Assembly: GCA_963847705.1 (NCBI GenBank)
Contig: CAWKBC010000030.1
Coordinates: 480,001 to 544,000 of the forward strand
From: an uncultured Pseudomonadota bacterium
Lineage (GTDB): Bacteria; Myxococcota_A; Polyangia; Fen-1088
Direction of reading: 5' to 3'
Length of the DNA stretch: 64,000 nucleotides
The notes beneath the pieces were generated by a model that had not been told where the DNA came from, made no database searches, and saw nothing but the letters and a program-made list of their open reading frames with translations. This document shows, piece after piece, positions 38,601 through 46,789 of this stretch (positions are counted from its first letter, which is position 1; the number at the start of each line of letters is the position of its first letter). The position numbers and the translations under genes were made by a program.

Positions 38601-38915
38601 CTAATCGCGGACGAGAGGAAGGCCGGCGTTCGCCCACCCGCGGGTGCCGCCGCTGAGGTTGTAGACGTTGGTGCGGCCTTCGGCCTCCGCGACCCTCGCC
38701 GCCGTCTGGCTGCGGACGCCAGCCGCGCAGACGAAGAGGATTCCGTCGCGCGGCAAGGTGTCCTTGGGCCTGGCCCTCAGCTCACCGAGAGGGACGAGGC
38801 GAGAGCCAGGGAGGTGTCCGCTCGACCACTCTCCAGGTTCCCGCACGTCGACCACGTCGAAGTCGCCATGCGCAATCAACTCCCGAGCCTGCTCCGGACC
38901 GATGGAGTGAATCAT
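38601..38915 (-). CDS. Single-domain rhodanese (sulfurtransferase)
   Basis: VDVREPGEW, GHLPGS, active-site loop CAAGVRS, LSGGTRGW. Confidence 0.92.
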   Translation of the reverse strand: MIHSIGPEQARELIAHGDFDVVDVREPGEWSSGHLPGSRLVPLGELRARPKDTLPRDGILFVCAAGVRSQTAARVAEAEGRTNVYNLSGGTRGWANAGLPLVRD

Positions 38916-38917
38916 GT

Positions 38918-38951
38918 TGTCTACTATAACGGATGAAATGCTCGCATGCAA
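38918..38951 (-). promoter_or_regulatory. Rhodanese promoter overlapped by an 18-bp operator-like pseudo-palindrome
   Basis: Minus strand TTGCAT, 17 nt, TATAGT, 7 nt, ATG; plus strand 38918-38935 reads TGTCTACTATAACGGATG. Confidence 0.7.
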
Positions 38952-39015
38952 GACCATCCGTCGGTGCGGCCCCACGATCGCGGGCGGGCTGAGCTGGCAA
39001 GAGGGCCGGCGCGCG

Positions 39016-40912
39016 TCAGAGGCCCGGCACGCGGCCGGACTGGATGCGGAGCAGCGCGGCCACCAGCGCGTCGATGTCCTGGCAGGTGTTGTAGGGGGCC
39101 AGCGAGGCGCGGACCGTGCTCTCCAGGCCGAAGCGGCGCAGGATCGGTTGGGCGCAGTGGTGACCAGAGCGCACGGCGATCCCTTCCTGATCGAGGGCCT
39201 TGCCGACGTCCTCGGTCCGCGCACCGTCGAGGACGAACGAGAGCACGCCGGCCTTTTCGGGCGCGGTCCCGATCAGGTGAAGCCCGGGGACACGCGCCAG
39301 CTCTCCCGTCGCATACTCGAGCAGCTCGTGCTCGTAGGCGCCGATCCGCTCGCGGCCGATGGCGTTGACGTAGTCGAGCGCGGCGCCCAGGCCGACGGCG
39401 TCGGCGATGTTGCCGGTGCCCGCCTCGAACCGCAGGGGCGGCGCTTGATAGGTCGTCTTCTCGAACCGCACGTCGCTGATCATGTTCCCCCCACCTTGCC
39501 AGGGGGGCATGGCTTCCAGGACATCTGTCTTTCCGAACAGAGCCCCGATGCCGGTCGGCCCGAAGATCTTGTGGCCGGAGAAGCAGTAAAAGTCGCAGTC
39601 CAAGGCCTGGACGTCGACGGGCAGGTGCGAGACCGCCTGAGCTCCGTCGATCAAGACGCGCGCGCCATAGCGATGGGCGATCTCGATCATCTGCTTGACC
39701 GGAACGATGGTCCCGAGCGCGTTCGAGACCTGCGAGACCGAGACCAGCCGCGTGCGCGGCCCCAGCAGCTTCTCGTACTCCTCGAGAATGACCTGGCCCC
39801 GATCGTCGACCGGCGCCACCCGCAGGCGCGCGCCCGTCGCGGCGGTGAGCTGCTGCCAGGGGACGATGTTGGCGTGGTGCTCGAGCCAGGAGATCACGAT
39901 CTCGTCCCCTTCGGCGACGTGGCGACGGCCCCAGCTCTGGGCCACGAGGTTGATCGCCTCCGTCGTTCCGCGCACGAAGACGATGTTCTTGGACGAAGGG
40001 GCGTTCAAGAAGCGTGCGGTCTTGTCCCGCGCAGACTCGTAGGCGTCGGTGGCGCGGGCCGCCAGCTCGTGCGCCGCGCGATGGACGTTGGAGTTCTCGT
40101 GCTCATAGAAGTACGAGAGGCGTTCGATGACCGCGCGCGGTTTCTGCGTGGTGGCCGCGTTGTCCAGCCAGACCAGCCGCCGCCCGTGGACGCGCTCCTC
40201 CAGGATGGGGAAGTCGCGCTTGATGCTGAGGGGATTGAAGAATCCCGCCGGCGGCGGGGAGATCGGGGACCAGCTCGGGCTGGAACTCGCTGACGAGCGA
40301 GAGCCCAGGCGAGAGCTCCGGCGCCGTGGCCGGAACGGCGGTCGCGGGCACCGGCGTGGCGGGCGAAGCCGGGAACGCGGGCGACGTCGGGAACGCAGGC
40401 GCGGTGGACCACCCGGGCAAGGCGAGCGGTGCGGTCGACAGCGGCGAGGCGGGCGTCGCGGGCAGCGAGGGTGTCGCCGGCGAACCCGGCAGGGAAGGCG
40501 AACCCGGCAGGGGGGGCGAACCCGACGACGCAGGCGTAGCCGACGACGCAGGCGAACCCGGCAACGCAGGCGAACCCCACGACGCCGGCGAACCCGACGA
40601 TGCAGGTGACGGGTGCCCCGCGATCTGGAGAAAATATGGCGTCGGTGACGCCGCGGCGGGCGGCGTCTCGACCAGTGCCAGGGGCGCCGACCCCCCCAGG
40701 AAGTTGGCCATCGTCAACGGGAGCGTGCGAAGGTCGCTCTCGGTGGGCGGCGGGGCGACCGCCCAGAGGGGCGGCGTCGTTGCGGCGCCCGGCACCGGCG
40801 GCAGATGCCCCGCCGACCCGGGGGCCTGCGCAAACAGCTCCCCCGCCAGCCGGGTGATGGCAGCGGTCAGGTCGCCTTCCGGCAATCTGGCCGGTGGATC
40901 ACTTGTACTCAT
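39016..40912 (-). CDS. Family 2A encapsulin cargo cysteine desulfurase (SufS-like), interrupted by a +1 frameshift near 40240-40262
   Basis: N-terminal disordered region with ITRLAGELF and YFL; the shifted frame reads RDFPIL, WLDNAATTQKP, EHHAN, FSGHK (PLP Lys), RSGHHCA (catalytic Cys). Confidence 0.9.
40479..40604. repeat. Seven tandem 18-bp units encoding SPAxxG-like hexapeptides
   Basis: Units like ggcgaacccgacgacgca start at 40479, 40497, 40515, 40533, 40551, 40569 and 40587. Confidence 0.85.
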
Positions 40913-41855
40913 GGTAGCTGCCGACCTCGACGTCTTCGAGCACGCCGAGCGCGTCGTCCGTCAGGACCGCCGCCGAGCAGTAGAGCGACACCAGGTAAGA
41001 GGCCGCCCCCTTCTGGTCGATGCCCCGCAGGCGAACCGACAGGCTGGGGCTCACCTCTCCCGGCAGCCCGGGCTGGAACAGCCCGACGACGCCGCGTTTC
41101 TTCTCACCGGTCCGGAGCAGGAGGATGCTGGTGGTCCCGCGGCCGTCCTTCTTGCCAGCGGCGCCGGCGTGCCCCGTGATGCCGACCTTGTCCGAGGGGA
41201 TGATGGGGATTCCACGCCAGGTGATGAAGGGCGAGCCGAACAGCGACACCGTCGCCGGCGGAACGCCGCGACGGGTGCACTCCCGCCCGAACGCCGCGAT
41301 GGCCCTGGGGTGGGCCAGGAAGAACGCCGGCTCCTTCCAGACGCGGGTGATCAACTCGTCGAGATCATCCGGCGTCGGCGCACCGGCCCGCGTCGCCACC
41401 CGCGACGCCTTGCTGGCGTTGCTCAGCAGACCGTAGTTCGCGTTGTTGACCAGCTCGTGCTCCTGCCGCTCCTTCAACATCTCGATGAGGACGCCGAGCT
41501 GTTCGCGCACCTGGTCCATCGGGCTGCGATAGAGATCGGAGATCCGCGTCTGCACGTCGATGGTGGTGGTGACCGTGCTGAGCGTGTACTCGCGCGGCTG
41601 CTCTTCGTAGTCGATGAAGGCCGTCGGCAGCTCGTCGCCATCACCGGGACTGCAGGCCAGCGCGATCCCCGAGTCGGTCGCCTCTTTGACCTTGTTCACC
41701 CGGTAGGTGCCGGACTCGACCGGCACCCAGGGGAGAAGATTGACCAGCCACCGCGGCGTGACACCGATCCACTGGGGCGGTGTCTTGGTCGTGTTGGCGA
41801 GGTTGCGGGCGGCGGTTGCGCCCAGGGTGGGGTGAGATCTGTTGGCGTCGGGCAT
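40899..41855 (-). CDS. Family 2A encapsulin shell protein (SrpI / major membrane protein I type)
   Basis: AARNLANTTKTPPQ, TPRWLVNLLPWVPVESGTYRVN, GAPTPDDLDEL, YLVSLYCSAAVL; 318 aa with no cNMP insertion; stop overlaps the desulfurase start. Confidence 0.95.
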   Translation of the reverse strand: MPDANRSHPTLGATAARNLANTTKTPPQWIGVTPRWLVNLLPWVPVESGTYRVNKVKEATDSGIALACSPGDGDELPTAFIDYEEQPREYTLSTVTTTIDVQTRISDLYRSPMDQVREQLGVLIEMLKERQEHELVNNANYGLLSNASKASRVATRAGAPTPDDLDELITRVWKEPAFFLAHPRAIAAFGRECTRRGVPPATVSLFGSPFITWRGIPIIPSDKVGITGHAGAAGKKDGRGTTSILLLRTGEKKRGVVGLFQPGLPGEVSPSLSVRLRGIDQKGAASYLVSLYCSAAVLTDDALGVLEDVEVGSYHEYK

Positions 41856-42017
41856 GTCCGTCTCTTTCTGTAATCTGATCCGTGATGCGCTGGGGCGAAG
41901 CTATCGGCGCGGCGGTCGGGGGTACAAGATCCAGTTGTTGGCCGGGGCGACCCCCCAGGCTTTCTCTCCGTCAACGCGGAGCGACTTCCGCAATCGTGGA
42001 AGTGGGGGTGGAGAGGG

Positions 42018-42629
42018 TCACCTGGCGCCCTCGACGTAGGTCATCACCAGATACATCACGGCCTCGGCAGCGCCGGGATTCCGATAGCGGTGGGGCACGT
42101 CGGCGCTGAACAGGATCGCGTCTCCGACCTCCAGGCGGTGAGCGACGTTGTCGACTTCGATCTCGACGGCGCCGGCCGTCACCACCAGGTTCTCGGTCGT
42201 TCCGGGGGGGTGAGGGGGCGCTTGCTCTTCGCCCGCGGACTTGAGCCGCAGCTCGTAGAACTCCGTCCGGTTGCGGCGTTCGTCGAAGGGAAACAGGGCG
42301 CGGGAGGTGAAGGTCCCGTCTTGATTGGACAGCAACTTCCCGGAGCGCGCAGGCAAGACGATCGCAGCGCTGTTGGTCCGATCGATGAGACTGGAGAAGG
42401 GGACCTCCAGTGCCCGTGCGACCTTCCAGAGGACGTTGATGGTCGGCGCGCTCTGACCGAGCTCGACCTGGCTCAGCATCGCCCGGCTCACCCCGGAGCG
42501 GCGTGCCAGTCTTTCCAGCGACAGGCCCCGTTTGCTGCGCAATCTCCGGAGGTTCGGACCGAGGGCCGGCAGAACCTCGTCGGCAGGTCTCGACTCCAAG
42601 GCGCCGCCCCCCTTCGTCCGCTGTGGCAT
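42018..42629 (-). CDS. XRE-family HTH-cupin transcriptional regulator (SutR/PuuR-like)
   Basis: LSLERLARRSGVSRAMLSQVE...PTINVLWK; cupin HPPGTTE...DVPHRY. Confidence 0.92.
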   Translation of the reverse strand: MPQRTKGGGALESRPADEVLPALGPNLRRLRSKRGLSLERLARRSGVSRAMLSQVELGQSAPTINVLWKVARALEVPFSSLIDRTNSAAIVLPARSGKLLSNQDGTFTSRALFPFDERRNRTEFYELRLKSAGEEQAPPHPPGTTENLVVTAGAVEIEVDNVAHRLEVGDAILFSADVPHRYRNPGAAEAVMYLVMTYVEGAR

Positions 42630-42632
42630 TAA

Positions 42633-42666
42633 AACGGACTATTGTCCGTTATGATGGACGAGTCAA
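42633..42666 (-). promoter_or_regulatory. Promoter of the first regulator, with an operator-like site in the -35/-10 spacer
   Basis: Minus strand TTGACT, 17 nt, AATAGT; plus 42643-42660 reads TGTCCGTTATGATGGACG; extra inverted repeat AACGGAC-TATT-GTCCGTT at 42633-42650. Confidence 0.65.
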
Positions 42667-42700
42667 GCGCGCTGTGCGCGTCCGCGGCCCAGACCGATCG

Positions 42701-43321
42701 CTACCGTCCGTAGACGATGACGTTGTGGTAACGGGCCTCCGAGCCGCCGGAGTTCTCGTAGACGTGGGGCTTGTTGGCGTCGAACACCACCGAGTCTCCG
42801 GGGCCCAGCTCGTCGCTGTGATCTCCGACGGTCATTCGCATCGACCCGCTCAGCACCACCACGATCTCGCGTGTTCCCGGCCCGTGCGGCTCGGAGACGT
42901 GGCGCGCGCGGGCGGCCAGCCGGAGCTCGTACATCTCGATCTGGGGGATTCCCGAGGCGGGCATGAGCGGTCGGCTGTCGAACTTCCCGTCGAGCGACCG
43001 CAGAAGCTGGGCCTCTCCGCGTCTCAGGACCGACAGTCCCGTGCGCGCCTCGCCGATCAGGTCGGAGAACGTGACGCCCAGGCCGGAGGCGATCTTCCAG
43101 AGCACCCCGATCGTCGGATTGGTCTTCCGCGTCTCGATCTGGGAAAGGGCCGCCCGGCTGACGCCGGTGAGCTGCGCCAGCTGGTCGAGGGACATCTCGC
43201 GGCGCTTCCGCTGCTCGCGCAGGTGATCCGCGACGCGACCGGCCAGCTCCGCGGCCCCGATCTCGTCGCCCGAGGGGATGGGCGCACCTCGAAGACCAGC
43301 CGCCGCCTTTTTCCTGGGCAT
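42701..43321 (-). CDS. Second XRE-family HTH-cupin transcriptional regulator
   Basis: SLDQLAQLTGVSRAALSQIE...PTIGVLWK; HGPGTRE...NKPHVY. Confidence 0.92.
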   Translation of the reverse strand: MPRKKAAAGLRGAPIPSGDEIGAAELAGRVADHLREQRKRREMSLDQLAQLTGVSRAALSQIETRKTNPTIGVLWKIASGLGVTFSDLIGEARTGLSVLRRGEAQLLRSLDGKFDSRPLMPASGIPQIEMYELRLAARARHVSEPHGPGTREIVVVLSGSMRMTVGDHSDELGPGDSVVFDANKPHVYENSGGSEARYHNVIVYGR

Positions 43322-43447
43322 GGCGGGACGGTATCACGCGATGGCCTGGTCCAATATGGGCAGGGATGTCCGCGGCCCAAGGGAGAGGGCTCCAGGGACT
43401 CCTGCGGGGCAGCGGCCCGGCCCGGCCCGTCTCGCGTTGTAAACTGA

Positions 43448-43465
43448 AGTCCCGTATAGTAGACA
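43448..43465 (+). promoter_or_regulatory. Operator-like site overlapping the -10 box of the serine acetyltransferase gene
   Basis: AGTCCCGTATAGTAGACA is directly followed by the ATG at 43466. Confidence 0.7.
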
Positions 43466-44425
43466 ATGGCCACCATGCTGCGCACAGCCGATTCGCAGGC
43501 CGCCGCGTTCGACTCTTTTGCGGACGTCGTCGATGACATCTGCGCCGCCAACGAAGATCTCCTGCGCGGCCGTCGCAAGCAGCGGGGACGTCACGCGCTG
43601 CCCTCCCGGGCCGCTGTGGCCGCGGTGGTCGACGATCTGCGGTCGGTGCTGTTTCCCGGGCACTTCGGCGCGACCGACCTGGCGCCGACCAGCATCCGCT
43701 ACTACGTGGGCGCGCAGCTCGACAAATTGCAGGTCGCGCTCACCGAGCAGGTGCGCCGCGGGCTCTCCCTGGTCTGCGATCATGACGACGTCACCGGCGC
43801 GGGCGAATGCCGCCGGTGCGACCAGGAGGCCTCCGACGCCACGGAGGCTCTGGTCATTCATCTTCCGACGATCCGGAGAATGCTGGAGACCGACCTCAAG
43901 GCGGCGTTCGCCAGCGATCCCGCGGCCACCTTCCTGGACGAGACGCTCTATTGCTACCCGGGGGTCCTGGCGATCACGCAGCACCGGATCGCGCACGAGC
44001 TCTACAGTCTCTCGGTCCCCCTGATCCCGCGCATCATCTCCGAGCTGGCGCACGCGGCCACCGGGATCGACATTCACCCGGGCGCCAAGATCGGACCGTA
44101 CTTCTTCATCGATCACGGGACCGGGGTGGTCATCGGCGAGACCTGCGAGATCGGCGCGCGGGTTCGCCTCTATCAGGGGGTGACCTTGGGCGCGCGCGGA
44201 TTTCCGATCGATCCGGACGGTCAACTGTTCAAGGGCCCGCGACACCCGATCATCGGGGACGACGTCGTCGTCTACGCGGGCGCCACGGTGCTTGGCCGCG
44301 TGACGATCGGGGAGGGTGCCGTCATCGGGGGGAACGTCTGGCTCACCCGGGACGTGCCGCCCGGCGGCCGCGTCACCCAGGCCCGCCTTCAGCAGGACAC
44401 CTTCGAGGGCGGCTCGGGGATCTAG
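43466..44425 (+). CDS. cysE: Serine O-acetyltransferase (CysE/EpsC/SrpH type)
   Basis: DPAA, YPG, TGIDIHPGA, FIDHGTGVVIGET, YQGVTLG, RHP. Confidence 0.93.
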   Translation: MATMLRTADSQAAAFDSFADVVDDICAANEDLLRGRRKQRGRHALPSRAAVAAVVDDLRSVLFPGHFGATDLAPTSIRYYVGAQLDKLQVALTEQVRRGLSLVCDHDDVTGAGECRRCDQEASDATEALVIHLPTIRRMLETDLKAAFASDPAATFLDETLYCYPGVLAITQHRIAHELYSLSVPLIPRIISELAHAATGIDIHPGAKIGPYFFIDHGTGVVIGETCEIGARVRLYQGVTLGARGFPIDPDGQLFKGPRHPIIGDDVVVYAGATVLGRVTIGEGAVIGGNVWLTRDVPPGGRVTQARLQQDTFEGGSGI

Positions 44426-44443
44426 CCTCTTGCGCCGGCACCG

Positions 44444-44463
44444 CTGTCTAGTATAGTAGACAG
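44444..44463 (+). promoter_or_regulatory. Near-perfect 20-bp palindromic operator-like site upstream of the peroxiredoxin gene
   Basis: CTGTCTAGTATAGTAGACAG; contains TATAGT, with TTGCGC 16 nt upstream of it. Confidence 0.75.
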
Positions 44464-44650
44464 TATTGTGGCTCGGAACGAGGGGAGGGCGGGGAGCCTG
44501 TTTGCAGGGAAGGGTCAGGGAGGAGCGGGCCGAGCGGTGGCGGGGCGGGAGCCACCCGCGCGAGAAACGGGGCTTGCGCGGGTGGCCACGGGGCGGCAGC
44601 GCGCCGCGCGGGGATCGCGCGAACAACAACGGTAGACCCAGGAGGACAAC

Positions 44651-45289
44651 ATGGCTCTTCACATCGGAAGCATCGCGCCCGACTTCGAGCAGGATTCGAC
44701 GGAGGGAAAAATCAAGCTCCACCAGTGGCTGGGAGACAGCTGGGGCGTTCTCTTCTCCCATCCGGCCGACTTCACCCCCGTCTGCACCACCGAGCTCGGC
44801 CGGGTGGCCAAGCTGAAACCGGAGTTCGACAGGCGAAAAACCAAGGTGATCGCGCTGTCGGTCGATACGGGCGCCTCGCACAAGAACTGGATCCGCGACA
44901 TCGAGGAGACGCAGGCGACCAGGATCAACTTTCCGATCCTCGCCGACGCGGATCGCAAGGTCTCCACGCTCTACGACATGATCCATCCGGAGGCGAACGA
45001 CACCCTGACGGTGCGCTCGGTCTTCATCATCGACCCCAAGAAGAAGATCCGTCTCATCATCACCTATCCCGCCAGCACGGGCCGGAACTTCGACGAGATC
45101 CTGCGGGTCATCGATTCGCTGCAGCTCACCGAGTATCACTCGGTCGCCACCCCCGTCGACTGGAAGAACGGCGACGACGTGGTGATCGTCCCATCGCTCA
45201 AGGATCCGGACGTCCTCCGGCAGAGGTTTCCCAAGGGCTGGCGGGAGATCAAGCCGTACCTCCGCCTGACCCCGCAACCGGATCGGTAG
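44651..45289 (+). CDS. 1-Cys peroxiredoxin (Prx6 subfamily)
   Basis: RBS AGGAGG; FSHPADFTPVCTTE, YPASTGRNFDE, ATPVDW. Confidence 0.95.
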   Translation: MALHIGSIAPDFEQDSTEGKIKLHQWLGDSWGVLFSHPADFTPVCTTELGRVAKLKPEFDRRKTKVIALSVDTGASHKNWIRDIEETQATRINFPILADADRKVSTLYDMIHPEANDTLTVRSVFIIDPKKKIRLIITYPASTGRNFDEILRVIDSLQLTEYHSVATPVDWKNGDDVVIVPSLKDPDVLRQRFPKGWREIKPYLRLTPQPDR

Positions 45290-45531
45290 GGCGGCGATCC
45301 CGGTGGGTCGGGTGGTCCATCACCTCCAGCGCCGCGATCCCCCACTTTCGCTTCCCCGGCGCCGCCGCCACGCGCTCGGGCGTCATGTCGAGCTTGTGCG
45401 TGATCCAGTGGGGGGAGGTGGCGTTGTTCCGGATCGTCTGGTCGACCTCGCGCTGACGTCGACGTCGTGGGAAGCCGTCCTTCGCGTGAGCTGGTCGTGT
45501 TACTTTCCAAGCTCGTCTGGCGGAAGACCGC

Positions 45532-45765
45532 ATGGAACCACCATCGACCGAGACCGCCGATGTAGACGCGCAGTCGGAAGAGTGGTTCGCGTCCTACGCG
45601 GAGCCCTCGAACCAATCTTCGAACCGACATCGCCGCCTCCGTCACCGTCGCAGTCGCGATCCGAGGCGCCAGCGACGCGACCGGCTGATCGCGGTGCTGA
45701 TGGTCGCGTCGGTGGTGTTCGTCGGCGCGATGACGGCCTTCTTCTACGCTGTACTGGTTCGCTGA
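45532..45765 (+). CDS. Small membrane protein (acidic, Arg-rich, C-terminal TM helix)
   Basis: 77 aa with a clear hydrophobic C-terminus. Confidence 0.5.
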   Translation: MEPPSTETADVDAQSEEWFASYAEPSNQSSNRHRRLRHRRSRDPRRQRRDRLIAVLMVASVVFVGAMTAFFYAVLVR

Positions 45766-46118
45766 CGGTCGGGTTCCAGTCGGGCGCCGCCGGGCAGACG
45801 GGCACCGCGAGAATCTAGGGACCGTTCCCCCGTTTCGTCTCGACAAGCACGAGGTCAGCGTGGCGAGGTCTCGCGCGTTCATGAACGCCGCCCCAGCCTG
45901 GCAGGCCGCCGGGAACCCCGCCGAGCCAACGAGCGGCTCCGTTTTCGACTTCATCGGGTCCACCCCGGAGGCGGTTACAGCGAGAACCTGATCCACAGGC
46001 GGGTCGAACGGACGCCGGCCGAGCAGAAGCTAAGCTCACGCGGACGCCGCGCCGCTGCGGGCAGGCCATGAGCGCCGGCTTGCGCCCTTGAACATGGTCG
46101 CCATGTTCAAGTGGCGAC

Positions 46119-46445
46119 ATGGGTGGCCGCGCAATCAATGCAATTTTGGGCCTATGGCTTTTTGTTTCGTTATTCCTGTGGCCACACACCAGGGCTCAGC
46201 GCGTGACAGGGTGGACGATCGGGATGTTGGCCGTGACGGCGGCACTCGCTGGAGTGTGTGGGAGAGCTTGGGGCCGCTTGCTGAACGCAGCTCTGGGGCT
46301 ATGGTTGGTCGTCTCCGGACTTCTCGTTCCCCGGCTCGGGGTCGCCACCTTCTGGACGGACTACGTCGTGGGTTTTGGGTTGGTGTTCTTCGCCATACTG
46401 CCCAGCTGCATGACGTCTCTGCCAGATCACAGAGCCGACGCATAA
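46119..46445 (+). CDS. SPW-repeat-like membrane protein
   Basis: Two repeats: NAILGLWLFVS and NAALGLWLVVS. Confidence 0.65.
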   Translation: MGGRAINAILGLWLFVSLFLWPHTRAQRVTGWTIGMLAVTAALAGVCGRAWGRLLNAALGLWLVVSGLLVPRLGVATFWTDYVVGFGLVFFAILPSCMTSLPDHRADA

Positions 46446-46498
46446 ACGCCTCCCGGCACGATTCCTTGTCGATCAGCGTCCGCGCTCCCAAGCTTGTG

Positions 46499-46684
46499 CT
46501 AGCGATGACCGCGGCCGCCAAGGTGGTGTCGGCGGTCTCCCGAGGTCACCACACCGCCCGCAAGCAACAGGATCGCCGCCACCAGCGCCACGTTGACCAC
46601 GGGGCCGAGTCCCGGCACCCCCGAGAGTCCCAATAGCAACGTCGCAATCGCCAATAGCGCGAAACCGAATCCCCAATAGAGCAT
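46499..46684 (-). CDS. DUF1328 (YtjA)-like small membrane protein
   Basis: MLYWGFGFALLAIATLLLGLSG; purine-rich RBS. Confidence 0.65.
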   Translation of the reverse strand: MLYWGFGFALLAIATLLLGLSGVPGLGPVVNVALVAAILLLAGGVVTSGDRRHHLGGRGHR

Positions 46685-46789
46685 GATCTCGCCCCCCTTC
46701 CAGTCTTTGGATGAATATCGAGCAAGGGTGGTTACGAGACTGGTCGGCCTCAAACCAACACCGGGCGATCGCCGTCGGTCATCAAGGGG

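Noticed and set aside
40479-40604. Repeats as a possible CRISPR array (also the G/T repeats at 621-960 and 1980-2220)
   Set aside because: Units are contiguous, in-frame and inside CDSs, with no unique spacers and no cas genes.
40899-41855. Phage capsid, prophage or family 2B encapsulin
   Set aside because: No phage genes nearby, no cNMP-binding insertion, and the cargo desulfurase context fits family 2A.
43348-43365. Fifth operator copy upstream of the second regulator (GGTCCAATATGGGCAGGG)
   Set aside because: Only the left half and centre match, so it was not counted.
43334-45277. Long opposite-strand or off-frame ORFs (also 13505..15298, 32408..34207, 55276..56967, 58922..60952)
   Set aside because: Typical high-GC shadow ORFs overlapping genes with clear family motifs.
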